From contig CM106586.1 in the NCBI GenBank assembly GCA_048013815.1, positions 4,836,001 through 4,900,000 of the forward strand: a stretch of 64,000 nt of DNA, given 5' to 3'. The notes under the pieces are model-generated. The model did no database searches. It was not told the DNA's origin and saw only the letters and a list, made by a program, of their open reading frames with translations. Made by a program: the position numbers and the translations under genes. Below, piece by piece: positions 27,782-42,743 of the stretch (positions are counted from its first letter, which is position 1; each line of letters begins with the position of its first letter). The stretch comes from Setoptus koraiensis (Eukaryota > Animalia > Arthropoda).

Positions 27782-30510
27782 CGCGCCAACTGTGCCCAAC
27801 ATATCAAGCCATATCCAACGACAGGTGAATTTAATCATGAATCGCCTCATGAATTCACCTGTACCTGTCGGCTTCGAGCTCACTTGCCCGTATCAAGCGG
27901 CTCATTTGGTGCCCACGATCCAGTGGTCTGACTTGGCGCAAAAATGGCGCGATTCGCAAAGCTCACCGGCAAAATCGCCGGATAATCGCCTGATATATGC
28001 CAGATATTTGCGTGTGAACTTGTGTGTATCACGTGCCAACTCGGATATCCACGTGTGGACACCGCCGAACCAGGTATATGTGGTTTTATGATAAAACTTT
28101 TATCTCGTCGGGGCTCCCGTTTGTCCCGTCCAACGAAATATCGGCCAGCAAGCCAGGCTGATATTTGAGAAGAGGCTCGCTGGGGACGAGCGAAACTGCG
28201 ATTCATCGCGCAGGCCATGATTTATACGTAACATAAAGCGATGATCAAACTTTGATTGTCTGACAATTGCCAGAGCGGCCGCCAGTGGAAATCAATCAAT
28301 CGTGACTTTTTGCCTAATTGGCTATCAACAATTTCTTTGTGGCCTCGCCATTGTTTATGCTCTTTATTGCGGATGAAAAGAAATGGACTTAAAATGAGCG
28401 AAACAGCGAGAGATAAAAAGCTCATTATCAGACGGAATGGCGCATGAACAAGGTTGTTGTTTGTCTGGCCAGCACCATTAATACCCTTTATGTACGCTAA
28501 TAATAGACGCTACATAATGCCACATAATAGCATGCACATTTAATTTATTGAAGCCTCGCATGGCTTCAATAAATACGCCGGCCAGCGGAGAGTATGCGAG
28601 TTTTTCAATAAATAAATGCACTTGTTTATCAACTTGTTGCTACTTGAATGCTACTCGCAAAGGTCACAACAACGACAACAACAGCGCCGACAATAACACA
28701 TTTGTCTGTTGTTAGCTCAACAATGGCCAGTGAAATTATCATTTGAAATTAGACATCACTCACTGTGTAATGTCTCTCGTCTGTCGAGCCAACAAACCGA
28801 AATCCGTTGATACCACCGAAAACAACAACTTGTCTAGCAACTTGTGGGAGTTAAGCGGCACTCGAAGCGTCACCTGTTGGCTCGCTTACGCACTCGGTGC
28901 GCCTAGAGCGAGCTCGACACGACAGGTGGAGCCACCCAGTGCGCCATCATTGCATGACTTGCAAGCAGGATTTACAAACAAAAATCCGAAACTCACTTGT
29001 CAAATGAGTTTCCCCGGGTATTTCATGGGTAACATAGGCCAGGTGAGACCCCTGTCAGATGCAACGGGCCAATGGAGCGTGCACGCCAAGATAAGTCGCG
29101 AGATCGCTTTTGTCAAGCCTGAAACGCTCACCAGGTGACCGCGGGCATCACAACACTGGCTGATATTGCAGATTCTGACGAGTTTCTGCAATGCTGGCTG
29201 CAACCGGAAACGGACAGCTAATGAGGCATGGCAAGCTCGCCAACGAACACAACAGTAATAAGGTCATAATTTGTGACAGTCGGTGTGCGAGTTGCGCATT
29301 ATTGAGTGCGCAACTTGATTGCCCGTTCAATGCCAATCAAATGAGCGCGATTCAATAATCAAGATGCTAATAATAATGTCGAAATAATGATGATGCCATG
29401 GCAACGATAACGAGTCAACGATGCATGCCGGCCACTGTTGAGCCAAACAAACATGTGATTCAATCTGGCATCGAGTGTGATCATTGGTGCGCAATTTATT
29501 TTTTGCATCTTCGGTGCTCGACGGTGGCTCCGATTCGGCCGAGTCCAGCATCACACTTAATTACACTCGCTGGTTGGCAGTTGTAGCAGTTAGCGTTAGT
29601 TGTCACAATAAGCTTACTTAACAAGCCAGAAATAAGAAGAAGAGAAAAAAAACTGTTGGCAATGTGCGCATGATGCGTCTCAATCATTGAGACTCAATGT
29701 GTCATTCATTCATTTGTGCTCACCTGTGCTCACCTGTGCTCACCTGTTTACTTGTGCGCCTGGCCAACGGGCTAACTGGTATTGACACACAGATGACATA
29801 ATCAGCGCGATAGCATCAGATGTCATTGGCAGATAGTTGGTGTGTGTTAGTTAGTTAGTGAAATGTTGATGTGAAGTGTGTTGAATTGCGACCATCGTCA
29901 TGACAGCCACGGCCAGATAATAATAATTATTATTATCTAGCTCGGCCAGATATTAATAACTGTTGTTCGGCAACAAATGCACAGGCGGCGGCGGCGACGG
30001 CAAGGTCGCTGACCCGCCGATCATTCGGCTATCAATGTCTCGTTGACGGCCGACGATGATCATTGCTGGCTGGCCAGTGGCCACCATGATTCGGCACACA
30101 CACACACATCTAATAACATTATGGGCATTATCATTATTATAAATATTAATATTATTATTATTACCACTATTATTATTATTATGATTATTGCCATTAAGCA
30201 TGGTCACTTGGGGCGATGTTTGCCTTGGCGCTCGCTCGTCATTAGCTTGCTGTTTACCTGTGCAACCTGTTGCTGTCGCTGCTGCTGTTGTTGCCGTTGT
30301 TGTTGTTGCTGCTGTCGTTGCTGCTGCCGGCGTGGTCTTGGCGAGCCCGCCAACACACTCGGCCCATTCGAAATTCGAATAGATTGAGCGAAATTCTGTT
30401 CGGCACACAAATTCGCTCTCGCTGCCAACAGTGTGAACAGTCCAACAGGTAAACAAATAGCCAAACAACGAGCAAGTGGTCAAGTGGCCGAGCGGCCACA
30501 GTCGGTCCGA

Positions 30511-30566
30511 GCGAGTCAAAGTGAGTCAAAGCGAGTCAAAGCGAGTCAAAGTTAGTCAAAGTTAGT
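30511..30566. repeat. 10-bp tandem repeat x5.5 (GYGAGTCAAA)
   Basis: Visible directly. Confidence 0.9.
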
Positions 30567-31693
30567 GGTGCCAATAATGATGATGCCAGACGAAAATATT
30601 CACCATTCAGCGCCACAGTGATAATGATGTATTGCACGCAAATGGTGCCTCGTTTTATTCATACATTTATTTATTTATATTTGTGTATATGTATATTTAT
30701 GAGTGCTCGCTGCGCGGTGACATGATATGATACGATTTGTATCGATGGATATTTTGGCATTGTCGCTAATACTCGGGCAATTCACTTGGACATGTTGCTT
30801 GGACACTCACTCACAAGCAGTATATATTGTCAGCGTATACATTCTGTGATAGAGGGCGCTGCGGGGGCCAACCGGACCGGGAGAGTCAGGCTTGCAGACT
30901 GCGATCGAGAAAGTTTGTGAGTGGCCGTGGAGAAAAACAAATAGCCATTGCCGGCCAAACGACGGCGATAATGAATCGGCCGTTGCCGCCGACGATGAAC
31001 ACCAATGAACAACAACAACGACAGCAACAACAACGACGACAACAACAACAACAAATGCACGCACAATCATTAGATTACTGCTGTTGCCTGTCGCTGTTGC
31101 TCACAACCTGTTGTTCGGCTAGGTGTGACAAGCTCTAATTTTGTCTATTTCGTCCGACGAGCCGACGCGCCGACGAGCCGACGCGCCGACGGAGCCGCAA
31201 AATTAGCGAGGTGACTAGCAGCGCGCTCGATGGGAGGTCGGCCGCTGCAACTGGCCACGTTACTAGATTGCGCACATGCGGCCGGTCACATTATGTAATA
31301 TCGCCATTACACAACATTGGCCAGGATTACATAATAAATCTCTGTCGAGACAGGCGCACAGAGAGCACAAACATCTCGCTCATTTGTAGCTGCAGACAGA
31401 CGCAGATATCCGTTGTGTGTGTGTGTTTGCCAAACAGGTAATGTGCACTAATGGCCGAGTGTGTGTGTGTGTGTCGGCCGTCCAGCCAGAGCCACCTAGA
31501 GTGTTCGTTGGCGAGGCAAATGGCCGTGAGTGAGCCTAGTGGAGCACACTGTCTAATTAATAACTAAATTACATCACAGCGCGCCATACAAAACGGCTGG
31601 TGGTAATGGAGCTCGCTGCGGCCAACATTGCAGCGCCGACAACAGTGCAAAGTCAACTGACCATCGGCCAACTGATAAACTTTATTATCTGGC

Positions 31694-31763
31694 TCTAGTC
31701 ACTAGAGTCTAGTTACTAGAGTCTAGTCACTGGAGTCTATTCACTGGAGTCTAGTCAGTAGAG
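31694..31763. repeat. 14-bp tandem repeat x5 (TCTAGTCACTRGAG)
   Basis: Visible directly. Confidence 0.9.
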
Positions 31764-32156
31764 CGTAGTGGCAAAGTTTGCCGAGTCACTTCGCAGACTG
31801 ACCGTACGACCGCGACTTTGCGAAGCGCAGTTCCATGTGGGGCTCACTATCGTCGCCGGCTCCAATGGAGTTTTGCATGCTTTTAAATGTTGGCATGATG
31901 TTTGGTTTGGCCGGCCGCCCGGTCAGACCCATCGGCGAGCGAGCGGCCGCGCAGCGCAGGCCAATAGTCAAATAGTCGAATAGGCGAAAAACAATTAGTG
32001 CCCCGAGCAAAATGAGCGATGATAATGACGAACAATTAGGAAAACGAAGCGCAGGCTCTTTTATTGCATGCGAGCCATTTCCTCCTCTCGCCCGTCCCGC
32101 TCTTGCCCGGCTCGCTCCCGTCCGTCCCGATCTTGCCCGACTCGACGGTATCGGCC

Positions 32157-32207
32157 GTCCCGAAGTGCCGCAGTCCCGAAGTGCCGCAGTCCCGAAGTGC
32201 CGCAGTC
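32157..32207. repeat. 16-bp tandem repeat x3 (GTCCCGAAGTGCCGCA)
   Basis: Visible directly. Confidence 0.95.
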
Positions 32208-34344
32208 TCGAGCTGCGAAGTGCGCGGCGGAGCACCTCGCAAGGCACGCCGATGTGCCGCCGATGCTGCATAATAATGTGTGTGCGATTCGGAGCACTTC
32301 GGTGCCGTTCGGCGCGGCGCAACTCGCCGGGATCGCTCTCGATTCGAGAGTCTCGAATGGGTTCCAGCTTCGCGATCGCGGCTTCGCGATCGCAGCTTCG
32401 AGCTCAAAGCGACAAGCGGGCCTGACCGTGATACTCGCTCATTGGGAGCACACACACACCGACTCGCCGGCTGCAATTGAATTTCGGCGCTCGAATTGGC
32501 CAGCGAATTGGCCGATGTGGCCAGTTGGCCAGACTCGCCTCACAACTTGCGAGTCACCGAGTCGGCGAGCTGGCCAACGACGGCGCGAACAACAAACAAA
32601 CAAACAAGCGACATGAATGGAAATCGGACACCCGCTTCTTGTTACAGGCACAGGTAACACAGGTAAGCGGCCGGCAACAGGTGGAGTGGTTGCAGTTTTA
32701 TTATGCATATTACCATCGGTGTGTGTGTGCTTGTTGCGTAACTTGTTGCTTGATTATTCGGCGCTGGCCGGCGCGATAATGCAAGCTAATAATGCAGCCG
32801 GGCTAATAACAATAATTGCAATTAGAGCCCAATAATCTTCACCTATTCTTTTATTGGCCGACGCTGTTGCCGTTGTTGTTGCCGTTGTTGTTGCTGCTGA
32901 TGATGCTGTTGTTGCTGATGACTCTGATGACGCTGATGATGCTGATGATGATAGTGCGCAGTGCGCACAGAGTGCATCAAATCAACAAGTTGTTGTGTTT
33001 GCCAGCGCGAATTTGCCTGCCGATTCGAATGCGCTCGGCTCCGGCCAGGCCGGCGCGATTCAATTCGGCTCGGCGCGCTTCCACTCGATTTGATGCGGCC
33101 CGTCTCGCGGCTCGGTCATCGCGACTGTAACTGTCCGAGCGGACGGCCGAGCGAGCCGCGCTTGTAGCCGGGCTTGTCGGGCCCAGAGAACATCCAGACT
33201 CACTGCGAGAGCGGGCCGGCCGAAATTGTGCGCCGCGCTGCGGCGCCAAAGACAATGGACGCTGGCGCGCTGATGCGCTGATGGCATCGCCAGCGCAGCC
33301 ATCAATCATCATCGATCAAATGCGCCTCGCCGAACGATGATTCGCCAGGCCTGACGGTGGCGCTTGGATTCTTTTCGCTTTTCGCGAATCGCTTAGCGCT
33401 TGCCGACACTCTTTTTGCATTCTCTGGCTCGCTTGTGCCGAGGCATCGCATGCCGTTTGCGCAGCGATGAGCCTGTTGGCGAAAGGTGAGCGGCTGCAAA
33501 AAGTTTACAAGTTTTCTGGCTCGCTCGCTTCTTCGCGCCACATCGCATGCGGCCGACAATCGCACCAACATCCGAACATCCGAATACCCGAATACCTGAA
33601 TACCCGAGCATCCGAACGGTGCAAATATCGATGCACGGTAGCCGGAGAGCGGGAAAGCGGCCACCGGGTCGCGGGCGGCGCTGCTAGAGACTCGCCGGAC
33701 ACTCTCCACAATAGAGACTCCACTGGACAGTGTCCACTGGCGACAAGTGCGCATTTTCTCGCTCGGCGCAACCCCAATTAGCGTTGTGATTAGCTGATTA
33801 GCATTGTGCAACCATATTAATGGCACTAGCTCGCCTAGACACTGTTTCGGAGCTCTGTCACTGCAACGGCCGCGATTGAATCACAGCCGGCGATTGAATC
33901 ACAGCCTGCGAGTGAATCACATCAGCGGCGGCCACTAGAAACAACTTATCCACTTGTTACAACTTATCCGCTCGGCGTCAGCTCGAGCCGCCGCCGTCTG
34001 GACTCCAGAGTCTGGACTGCAGACTCTCCAGAGGGGCGCGTAGGCGATCGCCGGCCGGCTGGCCAGAGTGCGGCCGCCGGAGTGGCCAGCGCAACGAGCG
34101 CACGAAAATAAAATAATAATGCATGCGATGCGTATTTGGCGGACTTGTCGGAGCTGTCGGAGTTGTCGGAGCCGTCGGGGATCGTCAGCATGTCAGATCA
34201 TGAATACATTAGCCGACTCATTGTTTCGGCCACTGTGCGCCTCATGATTCATGAGCCATGAATGGTTGCGAAGCACGCACTCGAATCCGCGATCTGATGC
34301 TGCCGCTGCAAACTGGCCGCATTATCCCTAATTCGAGACGCACA

Positions 34345-34450
34345 CACAATAGTAATAATCATAATAATAGTAGTAATCATAATAATAGTAATAATCATAA
34401 TAATGCCAAATAATAGTGATAATCATAGTAATGCCAAATAATAGTAATGA
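34345..34450. repeat. AT-rich TAA/TAG/CAT low-complexity repeat
   Basis: Visible directly. Confidence 0.85.
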
Positions 34451-37400
34451 TGATACCGAAGCCCAATAATGGCCGCCCAATTACAGATAATTGTAATTGT
34501 ATCAATGAGATGCCAATTGCCATTGCATGATCCCAGTGGCCAATAGGCCATCATTGGAGGTGTCTGGCGTGCATAATCCGGCCCAACTTGTGGCTGCACC
34601 AGATTATAAACAAGAGCATCTAATTAAGTCATTATTATGCAAATTCCTGGCCGCTCACCGGCGCCGGTCAGACACAGACAGTCGCTTTGCTGTTGGCGTC
34701 TCGCCTAGTCGCCTATTCGTGTGTTGCCAGCTCGCTGCAACACACCAACGGTGTGTTACGTAACACGGCGCATTGTCGGGCCGCATCGATCTCATTGACG
34801 GCCAGTGGCCGGCTTTAAATTAAATTGCTCGGCATAAATTGTTGAATTGGTCGCAACTTTCAACTTTTATTCAAACATTGAATAAAAAGCGCATTTTTTT
34901 GCCACCTCATCTAATCTATTTGCTGTTGCTGCGATGACGCTGATTTGAGCTGGCCAAACTGGACACAAATTGCAGTTTTGCCGCTCTTGCCCCCATTTCT
35001 TCATTAGGCCATTTGTTGGCGTGTTGATCGGCAAACGATCGCGTTAATGCAAATGATTGTGCCCGAACAACAAGCCGCTCGACGGTGCCTAAACAACAAG
35101 CCGCTCGATGGCACCCAGAGCGACCATCGGCGATTGCTCTCGGCTGCGTCGTTGGGCGGATAAATCAAGTTGATGGTTACGCGTGGTCGTACAAAGTTGC
35201 AGCTTACAAAGTTGCAAACGGTTGCGCCATCATCGGACAGTCGCCGGCGATGCAAACAACGGCCAATTGCAAACTTGTTGTTGTTGTTGTTGGTCGAAGC
35301 CGACGGATGGACAATGGCGCCCGTTCGGCTTGGCGGAAGCGCACCATTGACTCGGATAAATTCAAAGCGTAAACTGGAGCCGCGAGTGGAGCGGCCGGCG
35401 TGTGGGCCAACGCGCCGGCTTGCGCAAATCAAATGTGCAAATCGATTAATATTCCACTTAACGATTTATATGGTCGCGCAAATGACCTTCAAGTGGCCGC
35501 GATATCTCTCACTCGCAGACTCTGACATTGTGACTCACAATTTGTGAGTCGGCGAGCCGCCGCCAATCATGCCGACACTCAGTGAGACTGTCTCAGTGAG
35601 ACATGACGCAAACAGTCACTTGACAGAGCCCGAGTGATCATTGCAAATGTCACCTGTCGCTCACTGTGAGTTGGTCAATTTAATTTGCTGCAATTGTGCA
35701 GCCACTCACTACTAAAATATTTAGTAGGCATCAGCTGAGATTGTTTGCGTCAAAAAGAAGCGACTGACGTCAAAATGTCACCATTAAACTGTGTGAGATT
35801 TGACGGTTGTGTGTCTTGATAAAAACTGTGATACTCTGGCTGAGACTGGCACAATCAGCGCGACAAACGCACACGCAATTCAATTGCGGCAATTGTTGTC
35901 AGATACACCCTGTACACGGATAATGCTGCTGTCTCAGGTGTGCAAGTCACAGGTGAGACAGTTGGACAGGTGTAGCTGGACAGCGGCTCGCCAACGGTGG
36001 CCTTAATTAATGGGAATTGGCGCTGAAAAAGAGTGATTAAGTGCTCGGTGATATGATAATTGGTGCCAATGAGCAGCGAGCGCCGACAACCAACGCGCGC
36101 GCCCGCTAACCGAGGCCGGCCGGCCAAACAGAAAAGTCAGATACGCAAAGTCCGACGCACAAAGTCCGATAAGCAAAGTCCGACGCGCAAAGTCCGAAGT
36201 CTGAGCAAAGGCGAGCTGGGCGCGAAAAGCCAGAGGCCGGCCGATATTATCATGCAATTTGATTTCATCGCGCAAACACATTGACCGCACGATGGCGTTT
36301 TGTCGCCCGCCAGCCTGCGCTATCTAGATCAACACTGGCCAGGCGAACACACATTATTATACATGACGGCACCACCGACAGCAATAACGGCGGTAATGGC
36401 CGTAATGGCAACAACAGCAACAACAACGGCAACAACGGCAACAACTGCGACGCCGATAACGGTCGCCGTGGTCGTGTTCGTGTCCGCCTGTCAGTGGCGA
36501 TGTGTTTGCTGTAGCGATCATGTAACAAGTCAATTAATTAGCTTGCCAGGCAACCAGTGCGCAGCCAGTGTAAACGAGCGGCCAATCTAATAACTGTATC
36601 GGCACAAACCGAGCGAGCCGTTGAATATTAATTAACAAACTCTGGCGATGCCGGCCCGGCCGCATCGACGGGCTTAATTTTTGCAACTTTTTGAAATTTC
36701 TCTTTCACTGTGTCCACTCGGTCGAGTCGGGCGTCGTTGCCGACAGCCGCCGATCGACGGCCAGTGCGCGCTGATAGTCGGCAGGCAAGCTCGTCGATGC
36801 AACCCAGTGCAATAATGGCACCGTGTTTGATTAATTTGCCATCGAGCGCCTCTATTTCCCATTATGTAATGGCCCATTATGTGAGAAATTTTTTGATTCG
36901 CGCAATTTCTTTACAATTGCTTTGAATTGTCTCGAGCGCTGTTGTCCGCTGAGCATGCCGGTGGCCACTTGCAACTGGCAAGTTGCGAATGAGCGCGTAT
37001 TACTCGGTAATATCGGCGATATTGTCCAGTCGATACACTTGCGAACAAATGTCGGCCGCATTTCTGGCTCGCACTCTTGCATTTCTGGCCACTCTCGCAT
37101 TTCTGGCCGCTCTTGTGTCTCTGGCCAGCGCAGCGACTCACGACCAAACATGAATGACCAAACCAAAAATGAGCTGCCCGTCGAGCATTGAAAAGTGAGC
37201 GCAAAAGTCCGAGAAATAATAACAAGAGATTGAGAAATTGAAGTGCACACAAACGCTAACGACATGACGATGAGATACGATTACTAATATCGCCAACAGC
37301 CTGTCAGAGCCTGTCCACTCGGCCAAACGGGTAGCCACCAATCAACTGTTGCCTCATCGAGTATTACACACACACATTGGGCCAAACAAAAAAGTATTGG

Positions 37401-40400
37401 CAGAATCACTGTCGACAAGTCCACTCAATCCATTCGAAAAACCGTTCTGGCAAGCCCATAACAGATAGTCATACATGCAGCTAATATCATTAGCTCGGCT
37501 CGTAATTAATACGGGCAGCGCCCTCGTAAATACACACAGACGCACATTAAAATTGACCAAGTTACCATTAAAAATTAATTAAAATTAATGTTGCATCGTT
37601 AGCCAAAACGAGCACCTCTGGCCATTCTCGAGCCCGTTATTCAGACCTTCGGCGGCCGAAAATTGGCGTGGCTGGCCCATTGGTGCCCACTGCCGCATCG
37701 AACCCGTTTGCGAGCGGTGCCTAAACTGGATACGCCCCATATCGAGCGGACACTTCTGAGTCACAAGTTGTGACCCTTGGATTCGGGGCCCCGCTTTTGC
37801 TTGCGCACCCAGCTGCTGAATTGGGCATCGCCGCTTGCTGGCATCGGGTCCGTTGCGCTTTGCACACCGGAAGTGATTCAACCGTGTGCCATACTGACTG
37901 TAGCTGAAAGTGGAGCAAGCAATTTGCGGCTTGAAAAGTGGCAAATAAGTTGTAAGTCCGATTGTGTGCGTTTCTCGGAAATTGGGATTTATTGGCGAGC
38001 AAACAATTGGAATTTCGCCAAGACGCTGGTTCGAGCTCGCCAAGACGAGCGCCAAACGCGACGCAAACAACTCGCTAAAATGGCCTAATCTTTTCTTTTC
38101 GTAAGTTAAAATTTAAGTTTAAATTTTGGTAAGTTTTCGGCAATTTCAATTTCAATCTCGCTCTGATTGCCAGATAAGTCGGCAAAGTGCGAGCTCGAGC
38201 TGCGAGCACATTACGGCAGAGAAGCGCACAATGCGAAAGAATTGCCGGCTATTAGCGGCGTTGGTGTGCTCACACCAGAAACAGCTGCAAGACGACGACG
38301 AGCCAAACTCTGGCCAGAGTCCAAAGAAGATTAACGGAAATAATTAGATCGAGGCGGCGGCGGCGTGATGGATTTCCTGTGTTTATTGAAAATAAAACTG
38401 AAAATCGGCAGGCGGAGGCTGGGGAAAACGCGCGCTTTTCACTTATCTCTCTCAATTTGCGAGTCTCAATTTGAGAGAGAGTCGCAAATAATTTGTGGCT
38501 TGTTTGTCCGAAAGTGATATTAACAAGTGCAGTTACATAATTGGCAAACAGATTGCACAATTTCCAAGCTATTGTGATGGTCTGGCGAGTTGCGGATGTG
38601 CGACACTTACGCAACAAATGGGCCACTAATTGTGGTGCTCGCTGGTGCTAGCGTAAGGCAACAAGTGTTGCTCACGATGATAATAACTTTGCGCTCGCTG
38701 CAATAACAACAATAATAACTAGAATAAGTGCTAACAACAAGCGCCGGCCAGTAAGTCACCTAAGACGCTCGAGCCGAGTGCCGATTTGCTCGGCTTACGA
38801 GCTCAGGTGAGCTCGCTTTCAGGTGAGCGATACTCTCAGGTGAGTGCTCGGGCGTTCGGGCACAGGCCGAGACGCTTGCGTTGATGGACACAGCATGATT
38901 TTGATTGGCAAAGGGCCGATATTGGCGAGCTAGTCGGCGTTTCGCATTTGATTACCGCTGCCGCTGCACTGGCCACCACAAGCGGCTGGTCGCACAATTG
39001 CTGTGAGCAAAACACAATATGCAAATTATCGTCGCTTTGCGCGAAGCATTAGCGACCGACCGGACATTTGTTCAGCTGGCATTTGGCTGCAAATTTGCGC
39101 GATTGTCCGAGCGATTCTTGCAATTCTCGACTGCACTATCGCTGAGCCGAGCGCCAAGCGAAGGAATCCGCCGGCCAGAAATGAGCGACGCCAACGAATT
39201 CGGGTGAACGCGAACACAACCAAACTGAATATAACTGGATCCGATCGGATGAGATTAGATTTGATCTGGCCGCAGCGTGTTGCGCGCCGCGCACCATAAT
39301 ACACGCTGACCGGCATATTACATAATAACAACAATAATAATAATAATAATATAACACATGATGGCATGATGGCTCAACAGTGGCCACCAGACAACAATCG
39401 TTTGGTGTCTGTCACTCTCGACAATGTGCGTTTATTGCCAAAGCAAACGTTTGAAATGTCCGTCCGATTCGAGGCGAAATAACTCGCCGATCGAGTGCCG
39501 TTGTTGAGCGTGTCTAGTCGGCAGAGCCGAGTGGCCGCTCGATGCCTGGAGAAGCGTCCGAACTTCGAAGTTCGAAGCCATATCGGCTCGCAACGTTGAG
39601 CGACCAGATGAAACGGAACGAAACGGCCAACGGAACGAAGCGAAACGCAGCCAACTCGAGCCCTCTCAACAAGCCAGCGCAAAGGGCACGCAGCGCCGGT
39701 TGGGCAAACCGGACGAGCGGCCCGATCGGCGGAGCCATCGATTTGAGCTGGTATATATGGTATATTTGTGTCTAAATGCGCATGCACAGCCGCCCGGAAA
39801 GTGTGTTGCCCCGAAATAGCATTTCGGAAAGTGCCCGCAAGTCGACCGAATCGATCGAAATTCCCCGAAATGCACCGAAACGGCCCAAAATCGAGCCGAA
39901 AAGCCCCGAAATAGAGCCGGCCGGCCTAACGTCACTCTCGCTAGTCTCGGCTCTCGAGTATATCGAGTTATGTAACACAACGATGTATGTAACTGCCGAT
40001 TGCATGCGCACCGCGATCGGCCATAAGTCGGATATAAACGACCATCCATCGGCAATAGATTATGGTTTGGCCGAGCTCGTCAGCCTGTTCGGCGTGTTAG
40101 TGGCCGGCTACCTGGTCAGTTTGATGTGGCCGTTGGTCGTGATGACTGCACAGGGGACGAGCAAACGATCGGCGCAACGCCGCCATATCTGCGAGCATGT
40201 CGGATATTGTTGCCGTTTTCTCGGGCTGTAGCCGGCTCTTTGAGCCAGCTCTCTATGTGCGCTTGCAACTGGACAAACTCACCGTCGGCGCTCGCTTGCA
40301 AGGGCGGCTCATTCGCACAGGTGTAATACTCGCAATTGATGGGTGCTGATGCGAGTCGTGATTGTTTGCGTTTTATTCAAATTAATTCAAGGCGGCAGCT

Positions 40401-41650
40401 CGAATTGAGTGGACGCAACAACGACGGTCACTCGCGGCGATGCGCGGCCGGCCGGCGTAGCCGCGAAGAATCACAAAAGAATCAATTACGTTGCACCAAT
40501 CTGCGCCCGAGCGAGTCTGCTCCATTTGTTGCGTCCGAGCGAGCGTTCGAAGCGAACGTTCGAACGACGAGAAACCTGCGGCTGGCCAGTCGGCGCGGCG
40601 CCGTTCGGCCGCCAGAATTCGCTTGTGCAAACACTGGCTGCAGCTTGTTGCGCCCGTTTCCGTGCCGGCCAGTTGCAGCGGCCGGCCAGACCGCTGGGCG
40701 CCCATCGGCTGTGCTATCGTCCAGCGAACTGGCCAGAGTGTGGTGTTGCGTCTAATGAGCTCGCATGATGATAGAGGCACGCTTGATCTATTTACCTGGC
40801 GGCGAGAGTTTGCAGCGTTGGTTGGGCGAGCTGGCGGGCTTTGTGTCGCGCTGCTCATGTGTGTATCATGTGCTGTATTTATGCGATGCTGCCACCGTAT
40901 AGGTAGATGCTTATCTATTCATACGCTAACCACCGCCGGCCGATATGAATAGATAAGCGAGCGACAGTGGCCCGTTATGCAACCTGTTGCCGTTGATGCA
41001 AACAACGGCGAACGTTCGACACAATGTTTGCGTTTTGTCCAGACAGAACACAAACACAAGACCACCGTACAGCAACCGCAATCGCTGTGGCCCGGCGTTC
41101 GTTATTCGATTTGTGCGACTTGCCCGACATGTTGGAGCTGTTCGAGTTGCGTCCATTGTGGCCGCACCGAGTCGCCCATTCGATTTCGAAGTTCGAGCTC
41201 GAATTTCGAGCGCTCCACTGCTGAGTGATTCGAACATTTGAATCTTGAGCGATTCGAGCGTCGAACATTCGAACGGCGAACATTGAAGCGGCGAGCGCTC
41301 GAACTTGGAGGCTAGACTGCGGACCGCTCGAACTTGGCCGGCGAAATAACTGTGGAAATGAGATAACAACTGCAACGGCCAGCCAGAGAACTAGATTCCA
41401 ATGGGCAAGACCATGGGCTGCCATTATTGTTATTACTGGCGCTTGTTCTAAATATAGATCGGTGCACAATGTTGAACATTGTTCGCTCGCCGGCATTGTT
41501 GTTGTCGCTCAGTTATTGGCAGCGCGGCTCAATAGTCGCGATGCGGCATGCAATTGTGTGTGGCAATTGTGTAAAGCGGGCGCTTCTCGCCGGCATTGGT
41601 CGACATTCGCCGACTTGAAGAAATTCTCGGCCGGCTCATCGCAGTCGACA

Positions 41651-41759
41651 TTCGACGTTCGGCGTTCGAAATTCGAAATTCGAGGTTCGGCGCTCGAGAT
41701 TCGAGGTTCGCCGTTCGAAATTCGAGGTTCGCCGTTCGAAATTCGAGGCTCGAAATTCG
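41651..41759. repeat. 21-bp TTCGAAATTCGAGGTTCGCCG repeat within a TTCGA-rich island
   Basis: Visible directly. Confidence 0.9.
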
Positions 41760-42163
41760 CACTGGGCACTGCGAGTGGCAAGTTCGAGCAGTTCGACAGC
41801 TTGCGCAACCACCGCTCTGCTGACAGGGCCGCCGAAGTGCGCTCGTAAGCCGCCTGTTACGGATTAGTCGACGATTGTGCCAGCGAACAGGTTGTCTCGA
41901 TTGTGTTATTCCGAGCAACGGTTGCAGCAGTTTCGCCGAGCGATGCGATTGTGTCATTGTGGCAGCCGTCAACTCTTCCTCTGCCATTGTGCTGCTGCGT
42001 CTTCTTTTGACACTTTTCAAGCTCGCTTCGAGCGGGCCGGCATTGCGCAATGCCGGCCGCTTCTCTCGCTCTCTATTGCTGGCAAGCTCACCTGGCAAGC
42101 GATGTGGCCAGCAATAGAAAGTAAAGCACACTCACACTCATTTCAAAACGAAGCGCTCACCTA

Positions 42164-42225
42164 TCGAAGCCAAGCGCACATTTCGAAGCCAAGCGCACAT
42201 TTCGAAGCCGAGCACACATTTCGAA
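42164..42225. repeat. 19-bp tandem repeat x3 (TCGAAGCCAAGCGCACATT)
   Basis: Visible directly. Confidence 0.9.
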
Positions 42226-42672
42226 ATGGCCAGTCGCTGGCAGCGACTCGGTGATAGATGCGCCATGACAGAGGCCTGGCACCGACACACAAGCCACACA
42301 CAATAAATGCCGATATAACCGAAATGATGTAATGAAAAATGGCAAAACACCGTTGGATGTGCTCCAAATTTGTAACCCGATTGCTCCACATCCAGGCGAC
42401 GGCCAATGCCAGCGAAATCTCTCACAAACAATTTACGCCGCACAAGCAAATATTCACACAGTCAACATCAATTTGCTCTATTTTATTGTGTGTAAATTCT
42501 CGTTATTTCATCTTGTTATTTTCGCTTATTCTCTCGCCGGCGAGCTTGTTAGCCATTTTTCTCTGTGTTTGTCCCTATTGAGTGCAACTGGCAATTTGAG
42601 CGTTTTGGCCATTTGAGCGTTTTGGCCGTTTTCGAAAAAGAGATTCAATATTTTTGCAGCGGCCAATCTTGC

Positions 42673-42743
42673 GCCGGCGATCAACAACAACAAGCCGGCG
42701 ATCAACAACAACAAGCCGGCCATCAACGGCAACAAGCCGGCGA
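42673..42743. repeat. 21-bp tandem repeat x3 (GCCGGCGATCAACAACAACAA)
   Basis: Visible directly. Confidence 0.9.
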
